From the NCBI GenBank assembly GCA_040769985.1, contig JAXGJZ010000008.1, positions 21,394 to 85,393 on the forward strand: 64,000 nt of DNA. The letters are read 5' to 3'. The stretch is from Desulfobacterales bacterium (GTDB lineage: Bacteria > Desulfobacterota > Desulfobacteria > Desulfobacterales > JAHDSC01). The translations under genes and the position numbers were made by a program. The notes beneath the pieces are model-generated. The model was given only the letters and a program-made list of their open reading frames with translations. It was not told where the DNA came from and searched no databases. Numbering within the stretch: the first letter of the stretch is position 1; every line of letters begins with the position of its first letter. Positions 49,268 through 58,858 of the stretch are shown here, in pieces.

Positions 49268-50260
49268 TCAGTCCCTGACCTCCACCAGTTTCTGTAACTC
49301 CGCCGGTATCTGTTCCTTCATTTTTTCAGTGGGAACCCGGCAGGGAATGAAAGGTGGCTGCCCCATGTCTTTTAAAATTTTCAAGCCCCCGTCCGGATCG
49401 AGCATGTATTGGAGAAAAAGAACGGCCCCCTTTGGATTCGGGCAGTCTTTTACCATGGTGACCCCATAGGTGCAGGATATTCCGGTCTGCGTGATCCAGG
49501 TGCCGGGTTGATTGCCGGTGACTTCTACCTTGGCCTGCGCGTAAAATTCATCCTCTTTATAATTGCCCAGATTGATCCGGTCGGGCATTTTTACATATTT
49601 CAGTTCGTGTTGAACCGCAACGGAAAGATATTCCCATGCATAGTCCATATGTCCGGTCTTCAGAAGCGAAACCAGTTCTACCGACTTGGGTCTTATGTTT
49701 TCCTTGGGCCGGTTCGCGATGAGCCGGTCATAAAGCCCGGGTTGCTGGTAATGTTTTTCGGCCAGTTGAAGCACCATCAGGCTGCGATATCCGCAAGGAT
49801 CCAGATTCGGATCCGAATGCCCCCATATAACGCCGGGGCGGCCGAGAATCTCATGCCAGTTGTCGGCATTGATTTCGTTTGCGAACCGGCTTTTATCCGT
49901 ATAGCAGAGAACCAGCTGGTTGCTCGCAAAACGGATATTCCAGTCGGCCTTTGCCGGGATCAACACTTTATCGATGACGGTAAAGTCCGCGGATGCCATG
50001 ATATCCGCGGGTTTATTGAGCTCTGAAATCATGCGCGCCATCTGGGTGCTTCCGCCGGCTTCGAGCATGACATCGATATCCGGATATTTCGCTTCAAAAG
50101 CTTTTTCCATTTCCGCAAAAGGCACGGCCAGGCTCCCGGCGTGAAACAAAATGACCTTTTCTTTTGCTCCGGCCTGAGATGTCAGAAAAAAAGGCAAAAC
50201 CACCAACGCAATCATTGCGACCATAACCATTGTTTTTGAATTAAAAAGTGTTTTTTTCAT
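49268..50260 (-). CDS. wtpA: WtpA-family tungstate/molybdate-binding protein
   Basis: [24 protein letters not shown] and AWEYLSVA, including the Asp/Glu oxyanion ligands. Confidence 0.92.
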   Translation of the reverse strand: MKKTLFNSKTMVMVAMIALVVLPFFLTSQAGAKEKVILFHAGSLAVPFAEMEKAFEAKYPDIDVMLEAGGSTQMARMISELNKPADIMASADFTVIDKVLIPAKADWNIRFASNQLVLCYTDKSRFANEINADNWHEILGRPGVIWGHSDPNLDPCGYRSLMVLQLAEKHYQQPGLYDRLIANRPKENIRPKSVELVSLLKTGHMDYAWEYLSVAVQHELKYVKMPDRINLGNYKEDEFYAQAKVEVTGNQPGTWITQTGISCTYGVTMVKDCPNPKGAVLFLQYMLDPDGGLKILKDMGQPPFIPCRVPTEKMKEQIPAELQKLVEVRD

Positions 50261-51214
50261 TTACTCCTCCTTCATCGTTTCATGTGGATAAACCATTTTT
50301 CCGCTTAAGCTTACATCATAGCCGGCAAGCTCTTCCGCCGCCTCACGAAAGGCTTTTTCATGAAAAAGACCCAGGAAAAGCTGAACGCCCTCATCAAAAA
50401 ATCGCTCTTTTGTGATCAGAAGGTCATAACGCTCCCATCGCAGAGAAATAAATTCCAGACCGAGCAGGGCGGCCACCGATCGGATTCCCGGTCCGGCATG
50501 AGCGCGGCCGGAAGATACCTCCAGGCCGACATCGATGTGCCGGTTGAGTTCATGATGATATCCGTCGATTTCTTCGCCGCTGATCTCCGCTTTTTTCAGC
50601 TCCCGGTCGAACAAAAGACGGGTTCCGGTACCCACAGAGCGGTTTACGATTTTTATGCCGGGCCGGATTAAATCGGAAAGAGAGGATATATTTTCCGGGT
50701 TCCCCTTTTGCACCAGCAGGCCTTGCTCCCGTCGGCAAAAATTGACCACGGCAGGCATCATACTGAGTTCTTTTACGGCAAAATCAAAATTGTATTCCGT
50801 CTCATCATCCTGGATCAGGTGACTGGATGCCATGTGGCAGAAATTCCGGCGCAGCGCCCGTAAACCCCCCATGCTTCCCAGGTTTCCAAACACCGCCACA
50901 TGGTCGGTATGGATCGTGTTGAAAAGGGTAAGGGTTCGATCCAGGAGGGGATCATTGCTTCCGGCGATAATCACCAGGCCGTGATAGGGCGGGAGCTGGG
51001 TGATCGGTTTCGGATAATTGATCGTGCTGGTTTCAATCCATTGCTCCACCAGATGTTTCGGGAAAAGCCACTTGCCGGTGATCTTTGTTGCCGGCAGCCC
51101 CTTCTCGGAAATCAGGGCATAAACCACTTTTTCATTAATATTCAGAAAGGTTGCAACCTCTCTGGTTGAAAGAAGCCTTGTTGCATGATCCGGCCCATCA
51201 AAATTTTTCGACAT
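50261..51214 (-). CDS. Excisionase-type HTH plus molybdate/tungstate-binding (PBP) transcriptional regulator (TaoR-like architecture)
   Basis: N-terminal LLSTREVA...LPATKITGKWLF; C-terminal AGSND, GSMGGL, REQGL, NRSVGTGTR and ERYDL. Confidence 0.85.
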   Translation of the reverse strand: MSKNFDGPDHATRLLSTREVATFLNINEKVVYALISEKGLPATKITGKWLFPKHLVEQWIETSTINYPKPITQLPPYHGLVIIAGSNDPLLDRTLTLFNTIHTDHVAVFGNLGSMGGLRALRRNFCHMASSHLIQDDETEYNFDFAVKELSMMPAVVNFCRREQGLLVQKGNPENISSLSDLIRPGIKIVNRSVGTGTRLLFDRELKKAEISGEEIDGYHHELNRHIDVGLEVSSGRAHAGPGIRSVAALLGLEFISLRWERYDLLITKERFFDEGVQLFLGLFHEKAFREAAEELAGYDVSLSGKMVYPHETMKEE

Positions 51215-51278
51215 CCTTTTCCGCCTCCGAATTGTTTTTTTCTCGACCTTTCACCTGGTTCATCCAGAAAAGCAATCT

Positions 51279-51307
51279 TATATATGTTTTTGTAAATATA
51301 TGTCAAA
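51279..51307 (-). promoter_or_regulatory. Candidate operator, copy 3, within the promoter of the regulator-wtp-tup unit
   Basis: TATATAT-GTTTTTGTAA-ATATATGTCAAA; minus strand reads TTGACA-18 nt-TATAAG. Confidence 0.55.
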
Positions 51308-51482
51308 TAATTTCATGAATGAAATTATATCCTGTCAAATTATTACCAGAACATACCCAGAATCGCAATGGCAGGGATTCAGTCATGCAAAAAAATGCAT
51401 CCGATGATCAGAATGAAGAATCCGAAGGGAAAGTTGAAAGGATTGATCGCTTAGGAGGGCAGTGCGTCTTTTTCGTTTCCGT

Positions 51483-52427
51483 TCACATCGATTTCGTAAT
51501 TTCGGTCCCGGCTTTGCCTTCGACCGCTTTTTCGATGGCTTCGATGGAGGTAATTACGGCTCGTTTCCCTCCGTTCCGGACAAACTCCACGGCCGATAGA
51601 ACCTTCGGCCCCATGGACCCCGGGGGAAAGTGACCTTCATCAAGGTATCGAGCAGCTTCCTTTATTGTCATGGCGCGAAGGAACTGCTGGCCCGGCTGCC
51701 CATAATGAATCGCCGCGCCATCCACATCGGTCGCAATCATGAAAATATCGACCCCTACCTCCTCGGCCAATTTAGCGCTCGCAAGGTCTTTATCAATCAC
51801 CGCTTGAACCCCGCAGAAGGTTCGCCCTTCCCGTATCACCGGTATCCCGCCGCCGCCGCAGCAGATAATGATGAAGTCCATCTCAATCAGTTTTTTAATT
51901 TCAAACTTTTCGACAATGGTAATCGGGCGGGGAGAAGCAACTACGCGCCGATATCCTTTTGCTGTTTTTACGGTCCGGAAATGAAGCGCCGCAGCCGCCT
52001 CTTTCGAATAAAACGGACCGATCGGCTTGCTGGGATTCTTAAAGGACGGATCTTTTTCATCGACAACCACATAACTGATCAGGCTGATCAACGGCTTATG
52101 CGCACAGGCACGCATCGTCATCATTTCGGTATCCAGGGTCGATTCGATCATGTAACCGATCTGGCCCTGAGTTTGCGCCACCAGTATTTCCAGGGGCAAC
52201 TCGGGAATTTTTTTACAGCATTCCTGCCTGAGGAGCAAATCACCCACCTGGGGACCGTTTCCGTGGGTAATGATGATCCGATAATATTCGGAAAGCCGTG
52301 CGATTTGCCGGAGAGGGGTTTTCAAGGTTTCAAACTGTTCTTCAATGTCGGCCTCATGACCTTTTCGGATCAGGGCATTTCCGCCGAGCGCTACCAGCAG
52401 GATCTCTTTCTCTTTTTTCCTTTTCAT
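51483..52427 (-). CDS. arcC: Carbamate kinase
   Basis: ALGGNA, THGNGPQVG, KPIGPFY, GGGGIPV, VIDKD and GSMGPK motifs. Confidence 0.95.
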   Translation of the reverse strand: MKRKKEKEILLVALGGNALIRKGHEADIEEQFETLKTPLRQIARLSEYYRIIITHGNGPQVGDLLLRQECCKKIPELPLEILVAQTQGQIGYMIESTLDTEMMTMRACAHKPLISLISYVVVDEKDPSFKNPSKPIGPFYSKEAAAALHFRTVKTAKGYRRVVASPRPITIVEKFEIKKLIEMDFIIICCGGGGIPVIREGRTFCGVQAVIDKDLASAKLAEEVGVDIFMIATDVDGAAIHYGQPGQQFLRAMTIKEAARYLDEGHFPPGSMGPKVLSAVEFVRNGGKRAVITSIEAIEKAVEGKAGTEITKSM

Positions 52428-53251
52428 CCAGATTCTCCGGATCGTTTCGTGATTTTCGCTTCATGGAGAAATAATTCGATATCCTTCCAGAAATCATCCC
52501 AATTGGGTGGACAGTCGTTATGCCCGCAGTCATAAGAAAGCATTTTTCCATGTCCAGCGGCTCGGCTGAGCGCCAGGCCATGGGCATAAGGAACGATCTC
52601 GTCCTGTTTTCCGTGGATTACCAGCACCGGCCCTGAATAGGAATGGACCACCGGGATGTTTTCAAAAGGGTCCCGAATCAGCAGGCCGGGAAACAGATAT
52701 TTTTTAGCCATCGATTGGGTACTTATAAATGTAGACATCAGAATCAGCGCCGCCGAGGGACGCAATGCGGCAAGGCGGCATATTGCTCCGCCGCCAAGGG
52801 ATCGACCGAATAATACAATTCGTGAGGGATCCACCTCCCGGCGGACGACCAAAGCATCGTAAGCCGTCACAAAAGTTTCGGCAATGCTTTCCTGTGAAGG
52901 ACTCCCTTCCGACCGTCCATACCCGGGATACTCAACCATGAGCACCCCAAGCCCCAACCCGTTGAACTTTTTCAACTCCTGAGCCCAAAAATCGATCAAT
53001 TCCGAGTTTCCATGGGCAAAAATTACCGCCGGTGCAGGCACTGCACCGGGTACCGGGGGGAAAAACCATGTTTCAACCTTTCCGCCGCGGGTATCCAGCC
53101 AAATTTTCTCCGGATGCGATATATGCACTGTTTTTGGCGGCCGAATCCGGTACCGAGGGAACAGAACCTGTCGCTGCATCACGAAAACAATAACGCAATA
53201 TCCTGAATAAGCAATCAATATCCAAAAACCGACTTTTATCAGCGTCTGCAC
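52424..53251 (-). CDS. Membrane-anchored alpha/beta hydrolase
   Basis: HGNSE, YPGYG, nucleophile GRSLGG, HGKQDE and GHND; ATGA overlap with arcC. Confidence 0.9.
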   Translation of the reverse strand: MQTLIKVGFWILIAYSGYCVIVFVMQRQVLFPRYRIRPPKTVHISHPEKIWLDTRGGKVETWFFPPVPGAVPAPAVIFAHGNSELIDFWAQELKKFNGLGLGVLMVEYPGYGRSEGSPSQESIAETFVTAYDALVVRREVDPSRIVLFGRSLGGGAICRLAALRPSAALILMSTFISTQSMAKKYLFPGLLIRDPFENIPVVHSYSGPVLVIHGKQDEIVPYAHGLALSRAAGHGKMLSYDCGHNDCPPNWDDFWKDIELFLHEAKITKRSGESG

Positions 53252-53615
53252 TTTATTTCACATAATCATTGAAAAAGTTTATGGATTTTTCAAAAATGAC
53301 AAAGAGAATATAAAGAAAACCCTTTTAAAAACAAGGCGAAATCAAAAGGATTGAGAATGTGCTGTCTGTTTATATCAAAAAACAGGGCTGTTGTGTTTTT
53401 GTTTTTTTGTTCGCCGGATCATGGAAAACGAAAAAATCCGGATAGATCCGGACAAGTTCTTGCAAAGAGATAATTTGACTATTTTTTACGAATTTTATAT
53501 AGGAAAAATGAGTTAGAATTTCTGGCAGTTAAAATACCGGTTTTTTAAGGGGGTTATCCTAAAGCCGGAAACCGAGAAAATTTTCAGGACGATACCCCCC
53601 ACAAGGAGAGTAAAG

Positions 53616-54293
53616 GTGGCTCAGCAGAAAAGCGTTTTGATCGTAGATGATCATCCCCTTTTCAGGGAAGGACTGAAAACCATTATTGAGCGCGACAAGA
53701 GATTTAAGGTGGTAGCGGAAGCCGAAAACGGGTTTAAAGGGCTTAAAATGGCCAAGCAGCACAAACCCGACCTTGCGATCGTAGACATCTCCCTGCCGGA
53801 TATCAGCGGCATCGAACTGACCCGGGATATTCGCAATCTTCTGCCGGACACGCGCATTTTAATCGTCAGCATGCATTCGAAAATTGATTATATCGCGGAA
53901 GCATTTCAGGCGGGAGCGACAGGTTATGTAGTAAAAGAATCCGCTACCGAAAAACTTCTGAAGGGACTTGAAGCCGTCTTAAAGGGCGATTACTTTTTGG
54001 ACAGCTCCGTGTCCCACCAGGTTGTTGAAAACCTGATGAACCTGCCGGTTAAGGAAGCGAAAATCACCAATTCCGAATACAGCGCTTTGACCCCCCGGGA
54101 GCAGGAGATCACCCGTCTGCTGGCTGAAGGGCTGCCCACAAAAAATGTCGCGGAGCGGCTTTTCATCAGCCCCAAAACGGTTGAAAACCACCGTGCCAAC
54201 ATTATGAAAAAACTGAATCTTCACAGCACGATGGAACTGGTCCGATATGCAATCAAGCTGGGCCTGGTCGATGTGGACATGTGGAAGGATTAA
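53616..54293 (+). CDS. NarL/FixJ-family response regulator
   Basis: VDDH, VDISLP, SMH, YVVK and LuxR HTH LTPREQE...SPKTVENHR. Confidence 0.95.
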   Translation: MAQQKSVLIVDDHPLFREGLKTIIERDKRFKVVAEAENGFKGLKMAKQHKPDLAIVDISLPDISGIELTRDIRNLLPDTRILIVSMHSKIDYIAEAFQAGATGYVVKESATEKLLKGLEAVLKGDYFLDSSVSHQVVENLMNLPVKEAKITNSEYSALTPREQEITRLLAEGLPTKNVAERLFISPKTVENHRANIMKKLNLHSTMELVRYAIKLGLVDVDMWKD

Positions 54294-54610
54294 AAATAAT
54301 CCGGCAAAAAAAGCGAGGTGCCTGCGAAACGGCTTTGGCTTGCCCGGATCCCCATCTCAGCTGAACTCACGGAGAATTCGTTCCGGACACGGAAAAATAA
54401 AATCGAGGCATTCGATTCTCAGATAGACGGACAGGCGAGTTAAAAAGCTGCAAAAATTGTTTGTCCGAAAGAGAAATTTTTTCTCCGGTTCCTGGAAAAT
54501 CTCAATTTGTTGGAACACGGATCATCTACAAATCTTCTCCGGAGATCACTTGCTTTCCCTGACCCCTGCGGCATCTCAGGCGGAATGCGCTTTCTCCTGC
54601 GTTTCAAATC

Positions 54611-55519
54611 ATGAATGAACTTCTGTCCCAATTAACTCCGGTCCTGATAATTTTTGTTCTGGGGATTTTTCTGAGAAAAGTGAGGATCCTGACGAAAAAT
54701 GACGGAGAGCTGCTTTTAAAAATTGTATTCCATTTAACTCTGCCCGCCCTGATCATCTTGTCTGTTTCCATCGTTCAAATTTCCCTCGATTTGATATTTC
54801 TTCCGATTATTGCAGGCTCAACGATTGTTTTGACGCACCTGTTTTTTTCATTGACCGGCCGATTTTTTGCGGTCGAACGCCGGATAAAAGGAACGGCTGC
54901 CGTCGGCGCCATGATTATGAACGTAGGATTCCTGTACCCTTTTTTGATCGCCGCTTATGGGCATACCGGTTTCGCCCGGGCGGTGATCTTTGATTTCGGC
55001 AATGGTCTGCTGGTCGTTACTTATGTCTATTACATTGCCTCCAGGTATGGTGATCCCGAAAATCAGCCGATTAAAATCTTCAGGAAACTATGCGCCTCAC
55101 CGCCGCTTTGGGCGCTCGCCCTTGCTTTCACATTCAATATTGCGGATCTTCCCGTGCCGCTTCCCATCAGGCAGACGCTTGAATCACTAGGCGATATGAC
55201 CATTCCCCTGATTATGCTTTCCCTGGGAGTTTATTTTACCCCGAGACTGGTTCAATATCCCCTCCTGATATCCGTTTTAATAATAAGAATCGCCGGTGGC
55301 CTTGGTTGCGGACTCTTATTCGCCGAACTGTTCGACCTGCAAGGTCTGACCCGATCCGTTGCGGTAATCTGTGCCGCCGCACCGGTCGGTTACAACACAC
55401 TGACCTTTTCTTCGATGGCAAAGCTGGATGTTGAGTTTGCCGCTTGCCTGGTTTCAATATCCATTGCACTCGGGATTCTGTATGTGCCTCTCCTTATTTT
55501 TATTCTGCAACCCTCATAA
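54611..55519 (+). CDS. AEC (auxin efflux carrier) family transporter
   Basis: TLPAL, NVGFLYP and SPPLWA motifs with about 10 TM helices. Confidence 0.85.
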   Translation: MNELLSQLTPVLIIFVLGIFLRKVRILTKNDGELLLKIVFHLTLPALIILSVSIVQISLDLIFLPIIAGSTIVLTHLFFSLTGRFFAVERRIKGTAAVGAMIMNVGFLYPFLIAAYGHTGFARAVIFDFGNGLLVVTYVYYIASRYGDPENQPIKIFRKLCASPPLWALALAFTFNIADLPVPLPIRQTLESLGDMTIPLIMLSLGVYFTPRLVQYPLLISVLIIRIAGGLGCGLLFAELFDLQGLTRSVAVICAAAPVGYNTLTFSSMAKLDVEFAACLVSISIALGILYVPLLIFILQPS

Positions 55520-55831
55520 AAATTTCTCCGTGGATAGACTTCGTGCCACCCGAACCGGCGGATGGAGAGATCTGCAAATCATCTGATTCGTATAGCCCGA
55601 GAAAACTTGTATGGCAGGTTCCATATATGCTATATACAAGCCGCAAACGGCTGCCATCAAGATCCGATCCGGCCTCGGTTCGATGAAAAAGCATAAAGCT
55701 CCAGGCTCTCGATTATATTTTCCTTTTCATGGATCGGAAACTTTTAAAAGCAGCAACAAACAAATGTACCGAACGAATTTCAGAATGTTCCATCGGGTTT
55801 ACGATCCCGGCAGGTGAGAAGAACAACCGCG

Positions 55832-55891
55832 GGAATCCATGGAGTATTTTGAGGATTGAACGCCTCGCCGCAACGCAGAGATTGGGTTCAA
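55832..55891 (+). repeat. Degenerate copy 4 of the dispersed repeat
   Basis: GGAATCCATGGAGTATTTTGAGGATTGAA matches 22501 GGAATACATGGAGTGTTTCGATAATTGAA; ends GGTTCAA; hairpin eroded. Confidence 0.55.
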
Positions 55892-55927
55892 GAGGAAGAT
55901 TTTGAAATCACTTATAAGGGGTATCGC

Positions 55928-56476
55928 ATGACAAAGACGGTACTGGTCCCGATTGCTGACGGCACGGAAGAAATCGAGGCGGTATGCATCATTGACATTC
56001 TGAGACGTGCAGGCGCTTCGGTAACCGTCGCCAGTGTCGGTCAATTTCAGGTTACCGCTTCCCGCGGAACCAAACTGATCGCTGACAAGCTGATTTCAAC
56101 CTGTTTCATGGATACATTTGATCTGGTTGCTCTTCCGGGCGGAATGCCGGGTGCGGAGCGCCTTCGTGACTCGAAAGAACTGGAGCTTATTTTAAAACGT
56201 CAACAACGGGAAGGACGATTTTATGCCGCCATATGCGCCTCTCCTGCAATCGTACTCCTGCACCATGGGCTCTTAGCTTTCCATCGGGCAACCTGTCATC
56301 CCAACTTTATCCATCAGCTTGACAATACGGATGCGGTCGAATCCCGTGTAGTCGTGGATGGTACTTGTATCACCAGCCGGGGACCCGGAACCGCTATCGA
56401 GTTTTCGTTGAAGCTGGTCGAACTGCTTTATGACAAAGGAAAAGCCGATGAAATATCTCGATCCATGGTGGTTTGA
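55928..56476 (+). CDS. DJ-1/YajL family glyoxalase/deglycase
   Basis: GTEEIEA, LPGGMPGA, AICASP and TSRGPGTA motifs. Confidence 0.93.
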   Translation: MTKTVLVPIADGTEEIEAVCIIDILRRAGASVTVASVGQFQVTASRGTKLIADKLISTCFMDTFDLVALPGGMPGAERLRDSKELELILKRQQREGRFYAAICASPAIVLLHHGLLAFHRATCHPNFIHQLDNTDAVESRVVVDGTCITSRGPGTAIEFSLKLVELLYDKGKADEISRSMVV

Positions 56477-57095
56477 TAAGAGTGGTCCGAATGCGGATAC
56501 GAATGGCCGCAAAACCTGCAAAACGAGGAAAAGAAGACTGCGTATTCCTATATTCCTCCACCTTCCGCCTTTTCACTTTCCGGTTTCTAAAAATTATCGA
56601 ACGACTCCACATGGCATCATACTGAAATCAGCGGCATTGGCTCTTTTTTTTGTAGTAAATGCATGTGCGGCCGTTACCCCTATTCCATCGAATCATTTGC
56701 GGGAAGGTTCTTCGGATCCGATTGAAAAACAGCTCCGCGCCGAAGCCGAGCATTGGAGAGCGGTTCGCCATCGCTTGGGTGGAACCGGTTCTACCGGAGT
56801 CGATTGCTCCGGCTTCGTAATGATGATTTACGACAAGCTTTTCGGTATCCATTTGCCGCGCACGACCGAAAAGCTGGCACGCATCGGCTCTTCCGTCCCT
56901 AAAAGCAGGCTGCAACCCGGAGACCTTGTTTTTTTTATGCCGGGCCGGAATAACGGGCATGTGGGAATCTATTTAAACAACGGCGAGTTTGTTCATGCTT
57001 CCACCCGAAGAGGTGTAACCATCTCACGCATGAATACTCCCTACTGGCGGAACGCCTATTGGACTTCACGCCGTGTGCTATCGACTGAAAATTGA
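56430..57095 (+). CDS. NlpC/P60 peptidase lipoprotein (true start likely downstream)
   Basis: Lipobox VNAC, GVDCSGFV, PGDLVFF, HVGIY and FVHAS motifs. Confidence 0.88.
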   Translation: MTKEKPMKYLDPWWFDKSGPNADTNGRKTCKTRKRRLRIPIFLHLPPFHFPVSKNYRTTPHGIILKSAALALFFVVNACAAVTPIPSNHLREGSSDPIEKQLRAEAEHWRAVRHRLGGTGSTGVDCSGFVMMIYDKLFGIHLPRTTEKLARIGSSVPKSRLQPGDLVFFMPGRNNGHVGIYLNNGEFVHASTRRGVTISRMNTPYWRNAYWTSRRVLSTEN

Positions 57096-57168
57096 TTACT
57101 TTTATTCGACAGACGCAGCGCAAACGGAATTTTTTTGAAACCATCAAATTTATGAAAGGAAAAATGAA

Positions 57169-57588
57169 ATGAGGGATTTATTTCGCCTGTGGGAAGAAGC
57201 AGCCTTGATTCTCGTGTTATTGCCCTTTTTCTTCGGATCGGTTGTTCAGGCTCAGGAATCGGAGGTTTTGGAAGTCGAATCCGCCGTTATTTGCCGGGGG
57301 ATTGAAGATCGCGAGGCAATTGACGCCGGTACCGATTTTGCCGCTTCGGTTGAAAAGCTCTATTGCCTGACCAAAATCAACGGTTCCGATCATCCCGTTG
57401 AAGTGATCCATATCTGGTATTACGGGGATACCGAACGGGCTCGGATCAACCTGCCTGTAAAATTTTCCCCCTGGCGCACCTATAGCTCAAAAATTATTCA
57501 ACCCCATGAAATCGGTCAATGGCATGTAGACATAGTGGATACTTACGAGAATATTTTAAAAACGATACATTTCAGCATATTGCCATAA
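57169..57588 (+). CDS. DUF2914-like exported protein
   Basis: Signal peptide; LYCLT, HIWYY, WRTYSSK and GQWHVDIV motifs. Confidence 0.8.
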   Translation: MRDLFRLWEEAALILVLLPFFFGSVVQAQESEVLEVESAVICRGIEDREAIDAGTDFAASVEKLYCLTKINGSDHPVEVIHIWYYGDTERARINLPVKFSPWRTYSSKIIQPHEIGQWHVDIVDTYENILKTIHFSILP

Positions 57589-57660
57589 AAAGGCGATTAT
57601 TTGCCGCCCTCTTTTTCTATATTACAAACCCAAAATACCGGGGTGACGATGAGGGATAAA

Positions 57661-57691
57661 AAGAATCCCCGCTGTAACAGCAGGGATTCTT
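57661..57691 (-). terminator. Hairpin terminator between convergent units
   Basis: AAGAATCCCCGCTG-TAA-CAGCAGGGATTCTT with a short T run on the minus strand. Confidence 0.55.
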
Positions 57692-57834
57692 CAACCGGAA
57701 TAACGTTCGATCGTTTGTTAAATATCAGCACAAAAAAGCGAGATGATTCAGGAGGGGATGGAAATCTTCAATTGCAACTCTACGGAAAGGCATATTCTTG
57801 CGGATCGATCCCGGAAAAGGAAAAAGTGCCTTAA

Positions 57835-57977
57835 CAGGGTGTTGAAAAACAAGAATCAGGCCGTCAGGCAAGGCGCGCGGCGAAGCGACAAGCGCAGCAT
57901 ATTCAAACATATGTGAGCATTGGAGTGAGCCGTGCAACGCTGAATGGCGACCTCAGGCGCAGTTTTTCAACAGCCTG
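57835..57977. mobile_element. 143-bp non-autonomous MITE
   Basis: TIRs CAGGGTGTTGAAAAAC / GTTTTTCAACAGCCTG (15/16 match), flanked by TTAA on both sides; no ORF. Confidence 0.8.
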
Positions 57978-57984
57978 TTAAGCC

Positions 57985-58848
57985 TTACCTTGAAAAAAGC
58001 ATGCTCAGTATTCGATAAACCAATTTGGCTGCCACAAAATCCGGTGCTTTGTTTGCGGGATTGGGCAACAGCTCGGCGACATCCATCCCGACAACATTTT
58101 TTGTTCGTGTCACCGATTCAAGTATATTCATCAATTCATACCAGTTCAATCCTCCGGGTTCCGGCGTTCCGGTGGATGGCATAATCGATGGATCCAGAAC
58201 ATCCAAATCGATGGTAATATAGACATCATCGGTTAAAATTTTCAGCATTTCCCGGGTGACGTTCCGGCCTTTCATGATCTCATGGGCAAAAAAAGTGCGA
58301 TCCGGGCTCAATGTTTTGAGCTCGGAAATATCCATGCTCCGGATTCCCACCTGCACGTATGGACAGATTTCTCCGATCCGGGACATCACGCAGGCATGAT
58401 TATACCGGCTTCCGTTGTATTCATTCCGAGTGTCGGCATGCGCATCGAACTGCAAAACGGAAAGATTTGGAAAATTCTTCGCCATTGCGCGAACCAGTCC
58501 CACGGAAATGGAATGTTCCCCGCCGAGACCCACGATAAATTTGCCGTCATCGATAATGGATATCGCACGCTCATAGACGGCATGTACCATTTTTTCGGGT
58601 TCGTCCGGGCAGGGAACCGGATCCAACGTTGAGATTCCGTGTTTAAACACCTCGGAATCCGTCTCGATATCGTACAGCTCCAGGTTCACCGATGCATCCA
58701 GCAGTGCCTGTGGTCCTCGGTCGGCGCCCTTCATCCATGTGGATGTGCCATCATAGGGAATCGGCAAAACAGCAATCGCCGCCGTTTGATACCGGCGGTA
58801 TTCTTCCGGGATTTCACCGAAACTACCCGAATTTACGCTGATTTTCAT
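57985..58848 (-). CDS. speB: Agmatinase
   Basis: GGEHS, DAHAD, HAC, DLDVLDP and GTPEPGG motifs. Confidence 0.93.
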   Translation of the reverse strand: MKISVNSGSFGEIPEEYRRYQTAAIAVLPIPYDGTSTWMKGADRGPQALLDASVNLELYDIETDSEVFKHGISTLDPVPCPDEPEKMVHAVYERAISIIDDGKFIVGLGGEHSISVGLVRAMAKNFPNLSVLQFDAHADTRNEYNGSRYNHACVMSRIGEICPYVQVGIRSMDISELKTLSPDRTFFAHEIMKGRNVTREMLKILTDDVYITIDLDVLDPSIMPSTGTPEPGGLNWYELMNILESVTRTKNVVGMDVAELLPNPANKAPDFVAAKLVYRILSMLFSR

Positions 58849-58858
58849 GGGTTAGATG

